From Naegleria gruberi (lineage: Eukaryota): a stretch of DNA of 64,000 nucleotides. The position numbers were made by a program, and so were the translations under genes. The notes beneath the pieces were generated by a model that was not told where the DNA came from, searched no databases, and saw nothing but the letters and a program-made list of their open reading frames with translations. Positions within the stretch are counted from its first letter, which is position 1. Each line of letters opens with the position of its first letter. Positions 1 to 10,546 of the stretch are shown here, one piece after another. The stretch lies in NCBI GenBank assembly GCA_000004985.1, contig GG738913.1; one strand, written 5' to 3'.

Positions 1-803
1 CAGAAATTTCAGATTTGGAAACAATCATGAGAAAACAAAGAAAATTAGCTGAAACAACAGAGCTTATTCATGTTGCTAGTTTAATCCATGATGATATTGT
101 AGATGATGCCGATACAAGAAGAGGAATTCCTGCCCTCAACAAAAATGTTGGAAATAAGGTTGCTGTTTTAGCTGGTGATTTCCTTCTCGGCAGAGCTTCC
201 ATAAATTTGGCTAGAATCGGAAATATTGAATCTATTGATTTAATTTCAACAGTTATTGAACATTTGGCTTATGGCGAAGTTTTGCAAATGGCCGGAAAAG
301 GAAAATTAGATTTTGATTATTATATGAAAACCATCTTCTTTAAAACTTCATCTCTCATTGCTAACAGTTGTAAGGCTTCAGCTGTTTTAAGTGGATCAAC
401 AAACCGTGAACTAATTGATGCAGCATATACTTTCGGAAAACACGTAGGAATTGCATACCAATTAACTGATGACAGTCTCGATTTCACACAATCACAAAAC
501 GACCTAGGAAAACCATCTCAAGGTGCTGACATGAAATTAGGTTTAACAACATGTCCAATTATTTTCGCTGCTCAAGCTTTCCCAGAACAAATGAAACCAA
601 TAATTGATAGAAAATTCTCAGGTGAAGGTGATATTGAAATGGCTAGAAACTTTGTTATTAAGAGTAACGCCGTTCAATCCACTAAAGATTTGGCTGATAC
701 ACACACGAGGATGGCTTACGATGCTGTTATGAAGTTTAAACCTTCACCAGTTCGATCTGTTTTACTTGAATTACTTTACAAGATTTCCTTGAGAAACAAG
801 TAA
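1..803 (+). CDS. Polyprenyl (solanesyl/decaprenyl) diphosphate synthase, 5'-truncated at the window edge
   Basis: The reading frame is open from nt 3, so the gene starts upstream of the window. The first Asp-rich motif is LIHDDIVDDADTRRG and the second is QLTDDSLDFT. The intervening block GKPSQGADMKLGLTTCPIIFA is typical of trans-prenyltransferases (Coq1/IspB family). The stop is TAA at 801-803. Confidence 0.75.
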   Translation, partial: EISDLETIMRKQRKLAETTELIHVASLIHDDIVDDADTRRGIPALNKNVGNKVAVLAGDFLLGRASINLARIGNIESIDLISTVIEHLAYGEVLQMAGKGKLDFDYYMKTIFFKTSSLIANSCKASAVLSGSTNRELIDAAYTFGKHVGIAYQLTDDSLDFTQSQNDLGKPSQGADMKLGLTTCPIIFAAQAFPEQMKPIIDRKFSGEGDIEMARNFVIKSNAVQSTKDLADTHTRMAYDAVMKFKPSPVRSVLLELLYKISLRNK

Positions 804-1308
804 ATTCTCAATCTACTTTCTACCACACCAATTTAAATCCATATTGAGTGAATTATTTATTGAAATTAAAGAAGCGAATGGGCATTTAAGGCTCGAATCG
901 GGTTAAACCCAATAAATACTTCTCTCAACATCTTTCTCTTTTTGTAATTTGTTAATGTTTTAATATATGCTTTAACACTAATATCAAAAACAAAATTCCA
1001 GGTCTTTCCATTCATAACAATACAACATCATCATAGTGATATAAACTGTTGAAAAGTATTAAAATTCATTTTCCTAGATATTCCCTGGTTGTTACAACAT
1101 TCTGAACTCCTTTTCATAAGAACATGTGTTCCCTCCGTGTTCCTCATCAAAACAGTTAAAATCTTTGGTGTGAACTTTTTTGATCAATTCATAATTAAAA
1201 AAATTAAATCGAACACCTTCCGATTGCATTATCTGACACCATCCTCATCAGTTTATAGATCATCTGATATTCGTAATCAACTATACCCATTAATTATTAT
1301 TTATTAAA

Positions 1309-4300
1309 ATGTTTGGACGTTTCTTTGGTAGTAAAAACAAGGCTGCATCAGCTGATGATGATATTTCTCAAGTTGAAACAACCACAACCACCACTACAAA
1401 TACAACACACCAACCAATGAAGAACAACAACAAGCAGTACACTAAAAAGGAGCCAAAGAATAGTGCTCCAAAGAAAATTGAATTATACGACAATGTAAAG
1501 ATAGTATCGGGAACAAGCATTCCAACAGGATTGGCTGCCAGTAGAGCTACTTGTATCAAGAAGACACCAATCACTGATAATATTCCTACATTCGAATCAA
1601 GTCCTGATTCTTTCATCCATGTACATATTGGAAAGGAATATTCTGACAAGGCTTCATCAGTTTTACCATTGGTGGCTCACAAAGTTCAATGTCACGTCAT
1701 GTATCCTATTGTTCAAGTCGTTTTCCACAATGACTTTTAGAAATACTATTGAAAATAGATCAATTGAAGGTGAATTAGTTCTTCCAATGCCTGAAACTGC
1801 CACGATGACTGGTTATGCAATGGAAGTTGATGGAAAACTCATTGATGCAGTTCCAGTTGAAAAGGAAAAGGCCAAGGAAGTTTTTGAAAGTGAAGTTAGA
1901 GCTGGAAATAAGGTTTCAATGGTTGAAAAGGTTGCACAATCCAATTGTTTCCGTACTCGTATTTATCCATTACCATACAATCAAGATAAGACAATTCAAG
2001 TCAAGTATCAATTAATGTTGAATGAGATTATCGAAACTCAAAATGAAAATGAAACTGGTACAATTAAGGGCACTGCTTGGTTCCCTGTTACTTATACAGA
2101 TTTCTCAGTATTAAGAGAATCCAACATTGAATTTACTTTGAATGAGACATCATTGCAAGGATATGAAACTAATTTTACAATGAAAACTTCAGGAGTTGAA
2201 GAAAAGACTATCTGGTCAAGTAAGAATGCAAGCAAGAGAGCTGCTTATTTCAATGTTACCAAGAGTGATTTATCTGACAAATTGATTGGTTTTGGTATTG
2301 AAATTACCAAACAGGCTGATTCAGTTAATAATATTTTACTTGCATCAGAAAATGGTTACTTTATGACCTCTATCCCAGTTCCATCTTTGACCGAAGAAAT
2401 GAGAAATATGTCTCGTATTGGAGACAAAATTCAAATTGTTTGGGATTCATCACTTTCACAATCTAATTGTCATGCAAAGAATTTACAATTATTCAAGGCA
2501 ATTTTGGAAGCTTTGAATCCAAAAGCAATTTCCTTCTCAACATTCAGTAATGCCATTGTAGATCAAAAGAATTTTTCATCCACTTCAGATGCTTTGAGTT
2601 ATGCTGAAAAGATTGTTTATGATGGTGGTTCTAACATGCTTGTTTTCGATCAAAATTTGATTGATGATAGTTTTGATTATTGCATTGCTTTTACTAATGG
2701 TGTTCACACAATTGGACATGAAATTACCCCATCATGCAGCTTTGAAAGACCAATTTACTTTGTCAACGCCTCATCTACTGTTAATATCAATCTCTTGAAG
2801 CACATCTCTACCAAGTCTGGTGGTGTTTACCTCAATGCCAACGAACTTTCACAAGATCAAATTTTGAATGCTATTGGTAAACCAGTCTTGTCATTTGTTG
2901 TTGCAGATTTCGAAGATTCTGATATGGAAGAAGTTTATCCAAACGAACCAGTTTCTTTGAAGGAAGGAGAAATTTTCAAATTATATGGTAAAATCAAAAA
3001 CTCTGGAAAGGAAACAGCTAAGGTTGCTGTATCTTTCAGATATGGTTCAAAGATTTATCACATTCAAGAACTTGATATTCCAACAAGTGTTAACAATGTT
3101 CCTGAAGAGGCTGCCATTCTTCCAACTTTGTGGGCTCAACAAAAGATTGACTCTCTCTCTGCATTCCCTCAACTTTTCAAGGATGATATTAAGAAGATTG
3201 GCCAAGAATTTAGGATTGTTACTGACAATACTTCCCTGATTGTTCTTGAAACTTTGAGTCAATATCAAAAACATGACATTGTTCCGCCAAAGACTCTCAC
3301 TGAAGTCTATAAACAATTCATGCAAGTAAAGACATCTGCACAAGAAGCTAAGGATAAACAAGAAAAGGAAAAGTTAGAAAGAATTATTAGTATGTGGAAG
3401 GAAAGAGTTAATTGGCATAAGACTGACTTTAAATTACCTGAAGAAAAGCCAGAAAAGGAAAAGAAAAAGTTGGCTGCAATGGATGACTGTATTTCTGAAT
3501 CTCTCTCTGTACAATCCTCTAGTTTGGATAGTTGTTGTAGATGTGAGGAGAGTAGAGAATGTTGCAGAGAATGTTGCAGACGTTCTTGTGCACCATCTCC
3601 AAGTTGTGCTAGAAGTTGTTGTTGTCGTTCTGCTAGTCCTTCTTTGAGTTGTTCAGATATCAGTTCAGGTCCACCACCAGCTTTTGGAAGTGCAGGTAGT
3701 CCACCACCTCCTTCTGCTAAGTCAGTAGCCTCTCAAGAAGAACCTAGTGTTGCTGGTACCATTAAGGTTAAAGCATGGACTCCAGATGCTGCTTATTGTA
3801 CTGCCATTAGTCAAGCTAAAGATCCATATGAAGAATATGTTAAACAAAGAGAAAGTTATAGAGATTCTCCAGCTTTCTATTTGGATGTTGCTGACTATTT
3901 CCTTTCATCAGTTAAGAATAAGGAAATTGGTGTGAGAATTCTTACCAACGTTTCAGAGCTTGAATTGGAAAATGTTCAACTTTATCGTATTGTTGGTTAT
4001 AGACTTGATCAAGCTGAAGAATTGGAATTGGCTGAATGGGTCTTTGAAAGAGTTAAGAGCATTAATGGATTTGAACCTCAATCATACAGAGATCTTGCTC
4101 TAGTTAAGGAAAGAATGGGAAAGCATGAAGAAGCTATGGAATTATTCAATAGAGTTATTGTTGGTAAATGGGATCTTCGTTTTGATGAAATTGAAATGAC
4201 CGTTGCTACAGAGATGAACCATCTTTTGCTTAACAATCCAGATTTACCAATCATTGATAAGAGATTGATTCACAAGTTTGACCTCGATATTCGTATTTCA

Positions 4301-4654
4301 ATGGCCTGGGACACTGATAATGTTGATATTGACTTGCACGTTCAAGAGCCAGGAAGACATGGTGAACATGCTTATTATGCTCACAATAGAACAAGAATGG
4401 GAGGTTATGTTTCCAGAGATTTCAGACAAGGATATGGTCCAGAAGAATACATGTTAAAGAAAGCTCAAAAAGGTGCTTACAAAGCTACAACAAATTATTT
4501 CAGTAACCATTCTCAGAGCTTGACAGGTGGCACAACCATTTTGTGTACCTTCTTTACAAATTATATGAGACCAAATGAACAAAGACAAATGTCAACCATT
4601 AGATTATCTTCACAAAAGCAAGACATTGTCGTTTGTGAAATTGATATTGCTTAA
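1309..4654 (+). CDS. VIT-domain + von Willebrand factor A protein with a Cys-rich insert and a TPR-like C-terminal region. The reading frame is broken by a 1-nt shift at a T4 run (1736-1739)
   Basis: ORF 1309..1740 ends ...LVAHKVQCHVMYPIVQVVFHNDF*. ORF 1619..4654 continues RNTIENRSIEGELVLPMPETATMTGYAMEV. Together they form one continuous VIT domain (the x.F.N...E..y.FPLP pattern). The vWA-like region (LVFDQNLIDDS...NGVHT) follows. The two frames differ by +1 at the run gacTTTTag. Confidence 0.6.
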
Positions 4655-4705
4655 ATCAATAAAATATAAAAGTATTATTTCTGAATATTACTCTCCATCA
4701 CAACA

Positions 4706-5767
4706 TTAAAAGCATTTTCTATGTACTATTGAAGGTCCAATTTCATCATACTCTTTGCATGAAATCCACATTGGTTCAAACGATGATAGAGAAGATAACA
4801 GGCTACCTCCAAGCCAAACTGAATATTTTCTAAATGGTGGAGCCTCAACATTGATTTTCACATTTGATGGAGCCAATGCACTTAACTCTTTTTCCACTCG
4901 TTCTGACAATCCTGTAAACATTGTTGTTCCACCTGCTAAGATTATATTTGAAAACATATCCTTTCTAACATCCATGTCACATTTTCTAATAGAATTGAAA
5001 ACCTGTTCATGAATCCCAGAATGTGAATCAAGATTGGGATTGAATAATTCCTCTGTGCATTTGAATCGTTCACATCCAATGTTAATCAAGCTTCCATCTG
5101 GTAATTCATAAGAAACATCAGTCACTGCCTTTTCATTTTCCTGATCAAAATCCAATGCAACATAGCAAATATTATGCTTCATATCTGTCATGACATCTGT
5201 TGGATGCTCTGCAAAATATGGTATTTTACATCCAGCAAATGCTTGAACCAAATATTCAGTAATTTCCCTTCCAGCAAAATTCCAACTTGAAATGGCATGT
5301 GTCAAGGCATATCCTTCATAGACAGGAACAGCTCTCGACACACTCTCTCCCAAATCCAAAACAATTCCACTTGTCTTGCCAGATGCAAACAACGCCAACA
5401 CTCCTTGCATTGCCACATAAAAACTTGATATATTAAACTCCTCAAACACGATCTGTGTCATCCTCTCTCTATTACACTTTGGTTCCCTCACTGCTTCACT
5501 CATCAAGATTGGATGTAATTCTGGCCTGCATCAAACTAGTTCCATATCAGACATGTTGGTAATGACACAATGTTCAATTGGATATTTCAATGTACAGATA
5601 CCTCTCTTAGCAATGGCTTCATCACCAACTATAGTGGTGCTTGTTGATTTCTTGTGGTGGCCAACTAGGGTTGGAAAGATTGATGTCGGAGTGTTGTCTT
5701 GTTCGTTTGCTATTCCTACTTTCATAGTACAAGATCCGTTATCAATTATTATAGCTGTTTTGGTCAT
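4706..5767 (-). CDS. Actin-family protein (divergent actin or Arp1-like) with an in-frame TGA at 5531-5533
   Basis: The N-terminal ORF ([12 protein letters not shown]...[31 protein letters not shown]) and the C-terminal ORF ([32 protein letters not shown]...[17 protein letters not shown]...[13 protein letters not shown]) are in the same frame. A single TGA separates them. It aligns with the conserved Trp of the actin DMEKIW motif. The ATG is at 5765-5767. Confidence 0.65.
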
Positions 5768-5902
5768 GTTTATTATATTTAATTTAGTTTAATTTAGTTT
5801 TTAAATTTGCTGGATGACAATAAAGTACCAGTTTAGAGTTTTTTGCATTTTTTTTGATTTTTAAATATCTCAGTTTAGTTTCTTCTTGAATAAAAAGTTG
5901 AA

Positions 5903-5994
5903 ACCCAGTGTCAGGACTTGAACCTGAATTATGTGATTTGGACTTGTTGTTCAAGTCCCGTCACATTCACATGTCTTTCATTAGACTACACAGG
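5903..5994 (-). tRNA. tRNA-like element, possibly an intron-containing tRNA or a pseudo-tRNA
   Basis: The minus strand has a perfect T-arm (tcagg-TTCAAGT-cctga, B-box-like GGTTCAAGTCC). A 5-bp anticodon-type stem (tgtga/tcaca) encloses 30 nt containing an internal hairpin (ggacttg-aacaa-caagtcc). A D-arm-like gtct/agac stem is present. The acceptor stem is 7 bp with one T.T mismatch. A T5 run lies 7 nt downstream (Pol III terminator-like). The D-loop lacks the conserved GG. Confidence 0.25.
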
Positions 5995-6940
5995 GTTGAG
6001 TGGAATTGTTTTTTGGCCACACGTGATGTGTTGGCTGTGTTCAAGGATTTTGAATCAGATTTTTGGTTTCAATGAATTAACATTTTCCAAATTTAGTACC
6101 TTTCAAAGTTTGTTAAAAATCGGTGAGTAGCTAACCCATGTTGTCTGCAATTGTTTCTAAATGGATTTTTGTGCCTTAATAAAATCAGAGTTGTTTCTTA
6201 AGAAGAAACATTTTTAGAATTAAATGTAAAGCAGGAATGAAGAAATAATTTTGTTTACCCCGATTATTTTCTGACCACCATACGCCCCTAAATAGATTTC
6301 TACCCCTCCTCACCACCTCAAACTGTAATGGGTCGACCAAATTCAATAAATGAATAATTGGCAAATTCATCTCCTTGCACCCTCTGAACAGTAATTCATT
6401 TGTATTAATTTTCTTCCTCTTCATCAACATATTCTCCATCTTCTTCCTCTTCTTCATCAACATCTTTAACATTTAATTTTTCCAATTTCTTCCTCATCTT
6501 CCACTTCATCATCATTATTTTCCGCATTTCCAGTTTGCACAATATATTCTGTTAATTTAGGCACACCATAATTTTCATATCGCCCCATTTCTTACGATTT
6601 AGCAGTGCTTTGTTTGTTACTGAGTCTCCAAAGTTGTGGGAATACCAGATTCTCTAGCAAGTTGAGTGGTGAATAAACCAATGTCAATGTTATTTGGGTG
6701 AACCGAACCTCCCATAGTTTTTTCATCATTTAATTGTTTTAAAAAATTTGTCACTCCTTACCATTATTAAGCATTTTTCATCATCACACCATCAAAAATG
6801 TTGAACACTCACTAGTAATGTTCTTCTACCTGGTTTTATGTAGAAACCATCTAAAATTCACAACAGAGAACATGATATAGTTGTTCTTGAAGAATATTTT
6901 CTAATAGTTTATTTTTCTGCTCGGATTACAATTAAAAAAA

Positions 6941-9142
6941 ATGTCTTCACTAGTTACGAGGGCACAACTGTTTAATCCTTCTAGTGTTTTTGTTTCATCA
7001 AATAATGAAGTTTATATTGCTGATTTTTGTAATCATAGAATTAGAAAAATATTAGAAAATGGAAATATTGTAACAATTGCAGGAAATGGAAATTATGGAT
7101 TTAGTGGTGATAATGGTCCTGCAACAAATGCACAATTTAATTATCCTTGTAGTGTTTTTGTTTCATCAAAGAATGAAGTTTATATTACTGATTATAGCAA
7201 TCATAGAATTAGAAAAATATTAGAAAATGGAAATATTATAACAATTGCTGGAAATGGAACTGTTGGATTCAGTGGTGATAATGGTCCTGCAACAAATGCA
7301 CAACTTTATAATCCTTCTAGTGTTTTTGTTTCATCAAATAATGAAGTTTATATTGCTGATTTTTGTAATCATAGAATTAGAAAAATATTAGAAAATGGAA
7401 ATATTGTAACAATTGCAGGAAATGGAAATTATGGATTTAGTGGTGATAATGGTCCTGCAACAAATGCACAATTTAATTATCCTTGTAGTGTTTTTGTTTC
7501 ATCAAAGAATGAAGTTTATATTACTGATTATAGCAATCATAGAATTAGAAAAATATTAGAAAATGGAAATATTATAACAATTGCTGGAAATGGAACTGTT
7601 GGATTCAGTGGTGATAATGGTCCTGCAACAAATGCACAACTTTATAATCCTTCTAGTGTTTTTGTTTCATCGAATAATGAAGTTTATTTTACTGATCAAC
7701 ATAATAACAGAATTAGAAAAATATTAGAAAATGGAAATATTATAACAATTGCTGGAAATGGAAATTATGGATTTAGTGGTGATAATGGTCCTGCAACAAA
7801 TGCACAATTGTATAATCCTAATAGTGTTTTTGTTTCATCAAATAATGAAGTTTATATTACTGATTAAAGTAATCAAAGAATTAGAAAAATATTGGAAAAT
7901 GGAAATATTGTAACAATTGCAGGAAATGGAACTGCTGGATTCAGTGGTGATTCACCTTTTAATATTATAATGTATCCTCATATTGGAAATAAGTTATTAA
8001 CTGGAAATAGTAGCTTGTACTCCAAAATAGAATATAATTTGAAAAAACATTCAAGAGATCAATTATTTGGATTTCAAATTTATGGATTCATTCCACTCAT
8101 TGAAAAAATTTCACCAAAATTTAGTAATATTTTGAAGAATGAAAAGATGCTTTGTTTGATGAGTTCATCACAACAAGAAATTATTCAAAAATTAATTGAT
8201 TCTTTGCTGTATGATAAGAACAAGGTAAAGTTTAGCAAAGAAGAAGTGTTGGATGTTTTATTCATTTTGGGTTTATTTAAGAATGGTGAATTTATTGATT
8301 TGAAAAGATCATTGACAAGTGAATTTGTGAACTCATTCACATTAGAAAATCTTACTTTCAAATGGGAAACAATTGAAAATTTACTCAAAACTTGCAATGA
8401 GGAATTTGGTATTCAAAATTACATTCTCGATCAATTGAATAACCATTGCATTGAATATGCTGCTGTTCAAATGCAAACCAAAGAAGGAAACACTTTATTA
8501 TCGACTCTTCCAATAATTATGAGAAATGCTACTGCCATATTTCCAAAAATGATCATTGCTCAACCAACTGCAATTAATATTGAGGAAACAATTGAAAATG
8601 AACCACAAACAATTGAATCATTATATGGTGATATGAAAACAAGTGATGTAAAAATCAAAATGGGACAAAACAAATACTTATATTGTCACAAAACTGTATT
8701 GAGTTCATCAAGTACATTGTTTAATGCATTATTTGACAGTGGATCTTGTTTCAGTGATTTGAGTGATGATGGAATATTCACACCTGACGAATCAGAAGAT
8801 TTGGAATTATTGGAAATTGTGATCAAATATTGTTATAGAATTTCAATTGACAAAATTGATGCTGTTAAAATTATTGGATTACTTGATATGGCAATGAAAC
8901 ATGAAATTCAATATCTAATCAATTATTGCAAGAATAACTTTACTCTATCCATTGATAATTACTTTGCTATGCTTGAAGTTTGTGAAAATTATTTTGATTT
9001 ACAACTATTTGAGCAATTTTTGAGAGAGATTCTCAAGTTTAGCATTGTCAACAGAAAACAACTCTTCATAGATCAAAATAGAATTTCCAAATTACCTGAA
9101 AAATTTTGGCAAGAAATCTTAAAGCTTTCACAGGACTTTTGA
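6941..9142 (+). CDS. NHL-repeat protein with a C-terminal BTB/POZ-containing region. An in-frame TAA sits at 7865-7867
   Basis: ORFs 6941..7867 and 7892..9142 are in the same frame and separated by one TAA. That codon lies inside an NHL repeat, where the paralogous repeats have TAT (Tyr). The downstream ORF has no ATG at its listed start; it is TTG. Six or more NHL-type repeats (NHRIRKILENGNI.TIAGNG..GFSGDNGPATNAQ) are followed by a BTB-like segment (VKIKMGQNKYLYCHKTVLSSSSTLFNALFD). Confidence 0.6.
6974..7981 (+). repeat. Tandem coding repeat. Two perfectly identical 336-bp units (6974-7309, 7310-7645) are followed by a diverged third unit
   Basis: Direct comparison of the nucleotide strings shows them identical. 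Each unit encodes two NHL-like repeats of about 56 aa. Confidence 0.9.
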
Positions 9143-9449
9143 GATTATTTTGAGATTGAGACATGAAAATAATTATAATAATTTATGTGATGCATTATCA
9201 TTGACCTTTTACTATTCGAGACGGGACTGTACTCTCTCTCCACCTCAATAAACAACAATACTTGGTAATGACTCAGCTTCCATTTTCTCTCAATGGTGCG
9301 TTTTGAATACAGAGGAAAAGACTAAAGTAATGACAAAAACTTTACATTCTTAAAGCTGTGAAGTAAAAATTGAATCAGAAGATGATGAAAAATTGACTTA
9401 TCCTCTCAAATAAACGAATGTCTCACTGTTATTTAAAATGGTATTTTAA

Positions 9450-10166
9450 TTACATAATTAAGCATTCTTGTTGGCTTTCTTCATTTTCATTGTTTCTTCT
9501 TCCTTGTTGTTGAACTTGTTGTTGTTGATTGGGAGGGTTATTAGTATTGGCAGCTACATACATGGCTCCTAAAGAAACTGCCCCAACAACAGCAAGTGCT
9601 CCCCAGAATGAGCCATTTCCTTGGTTAGTAGTAGTGCTTGTTACAGGTACTTCTGAATCCAATCTTGTTGTTTGCTCAAAATGTTCTGGTTCAATGAGAT
9701 CCTTTGTGTGATCTCTGAGCTCTCCATTTTGGCCATTGTAAACTCCAAATGGTTTGATTGTACCAATCGAATCTGTATCCCATTCAAGAATTTCAGTCAA
9801 ATAGTGAGAGGCATTGTTGCCACATCTCGTAACTTGTTCTCTGAGTTTTTGAAGTTTTCGTTTTTGATTTCTCCAAACCACATCTGGTGAATAGTTAATA
9901 TGCTTTGCTTCCAATGCCAAAATATCAATCTTTCCATCATTACGAAATTTAGCAAGAATTGCATCTCCTTTGTAATGAGAAGGAAGATGATATTCGTATG
10001 CAATTAAATAGTCGTATTTACTTAAAAGAAATGCTTCACATGCTTCTTTTAAGACCTTTGCTTCCTCTCTAACATCAGCTCTTTCATGATGCTCTACATC
10101 ATAATCAAGTTTTTCAGTGCATGTAAAGTGTTGTTGTCTCAAAGTTTGTCTAATAGAGGAGGACAT
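9450..10166 (-). CDS. Hypothetical tail-anchored protein with a PD-(D/E)xK-like motif
   Basis: The 238-aa ORF has its ATG at 10164-10166. It contains GDAILAKFRNDGKIDILALEAKH, which fits the D...(D/E)xK pattern. A C-terminal hydrophobic segment (FWGALAVVGAVSLGAMYVAA) is followed by a Q/N-rich tail. Confidence 0.4.
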   Translation of the reverse strand: MSSSIRQTLRQQHFTCTEKLDYDVEHHERADVREEAKVLKEACEAFLLSKYDYLIAYEYHLPSHYKGDAILAKFRNDGKIDILALEAKHINYSPDVVWRNQKRKLQKLREQVTRCGNNASHYLTEILEWDTDSIGTIKPFGVYNGQNGELRDHTKDLIEPEHFEQTTRLDSEVPVTSTTTNQGNGSFWGALAVVGAVSLGAMYVAANTNNPPNQQQQVQQQGRRNNENEESQQECLIM

Positions 10167-10546
10167 TTTTTAATAGTTTGGCGAATCTCAACGTTTGTTT
10201 GGTTCCAAGCTAGTTTACAGGTTAGATGGGAATTCCCAGCGTTGTTAAATTACTTGGTGCATAAAGTGTTTGCTATTGATCTGTTAAAAACAAACAAACA
10301 AAAACGACGCATGTGATACACCAACACACATGTTTGAGTCAACAAGACAAGTATACAACATTTGTATCTCCCATGACATGCGTGGTCACATGTAACATTC
10401 ATGGTACTAACTCGCCATACTCTTCTTACTCATTTTCAATATCAGATTGGAGTAGCTTGGTGTATCTAATGTAAAATGGAAGAATATTAGGAAGAATTTG
10501 AAGGAATAGAAATTACCAACCACACATGTCATACATATTACATGTT

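Noticed and set aside
5531-5533. Possibility that TGA encodes Trp (a variant genetic code), suggested by its position on a conserved Trp
   Set aside because: More than 25 long, conserved genes in the window translate cleanly under the standard code, with their Trp residues encoded as TGG (for example in EF1A and Sec23). At least one gene, the Hsp70-like one, appears to terminate on TGA. A global reassignment is therefore not supported.
6941-7981. Highly regular direct repeats that could superficially suggest a CRISPR-like or satellite array
   Set aside because: The units are 336 bp, lie in frame and encode NHL repeats. This is eukaryotic DNA, and the repeats are a coding tandem duplication.
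10320-10500. Short palindromic stretches (catgacatgcgtggtcacatg) between convergent genes
   Set aside because: They are too short and imperfect to call a regulatory element or ncRNA with any confidence.
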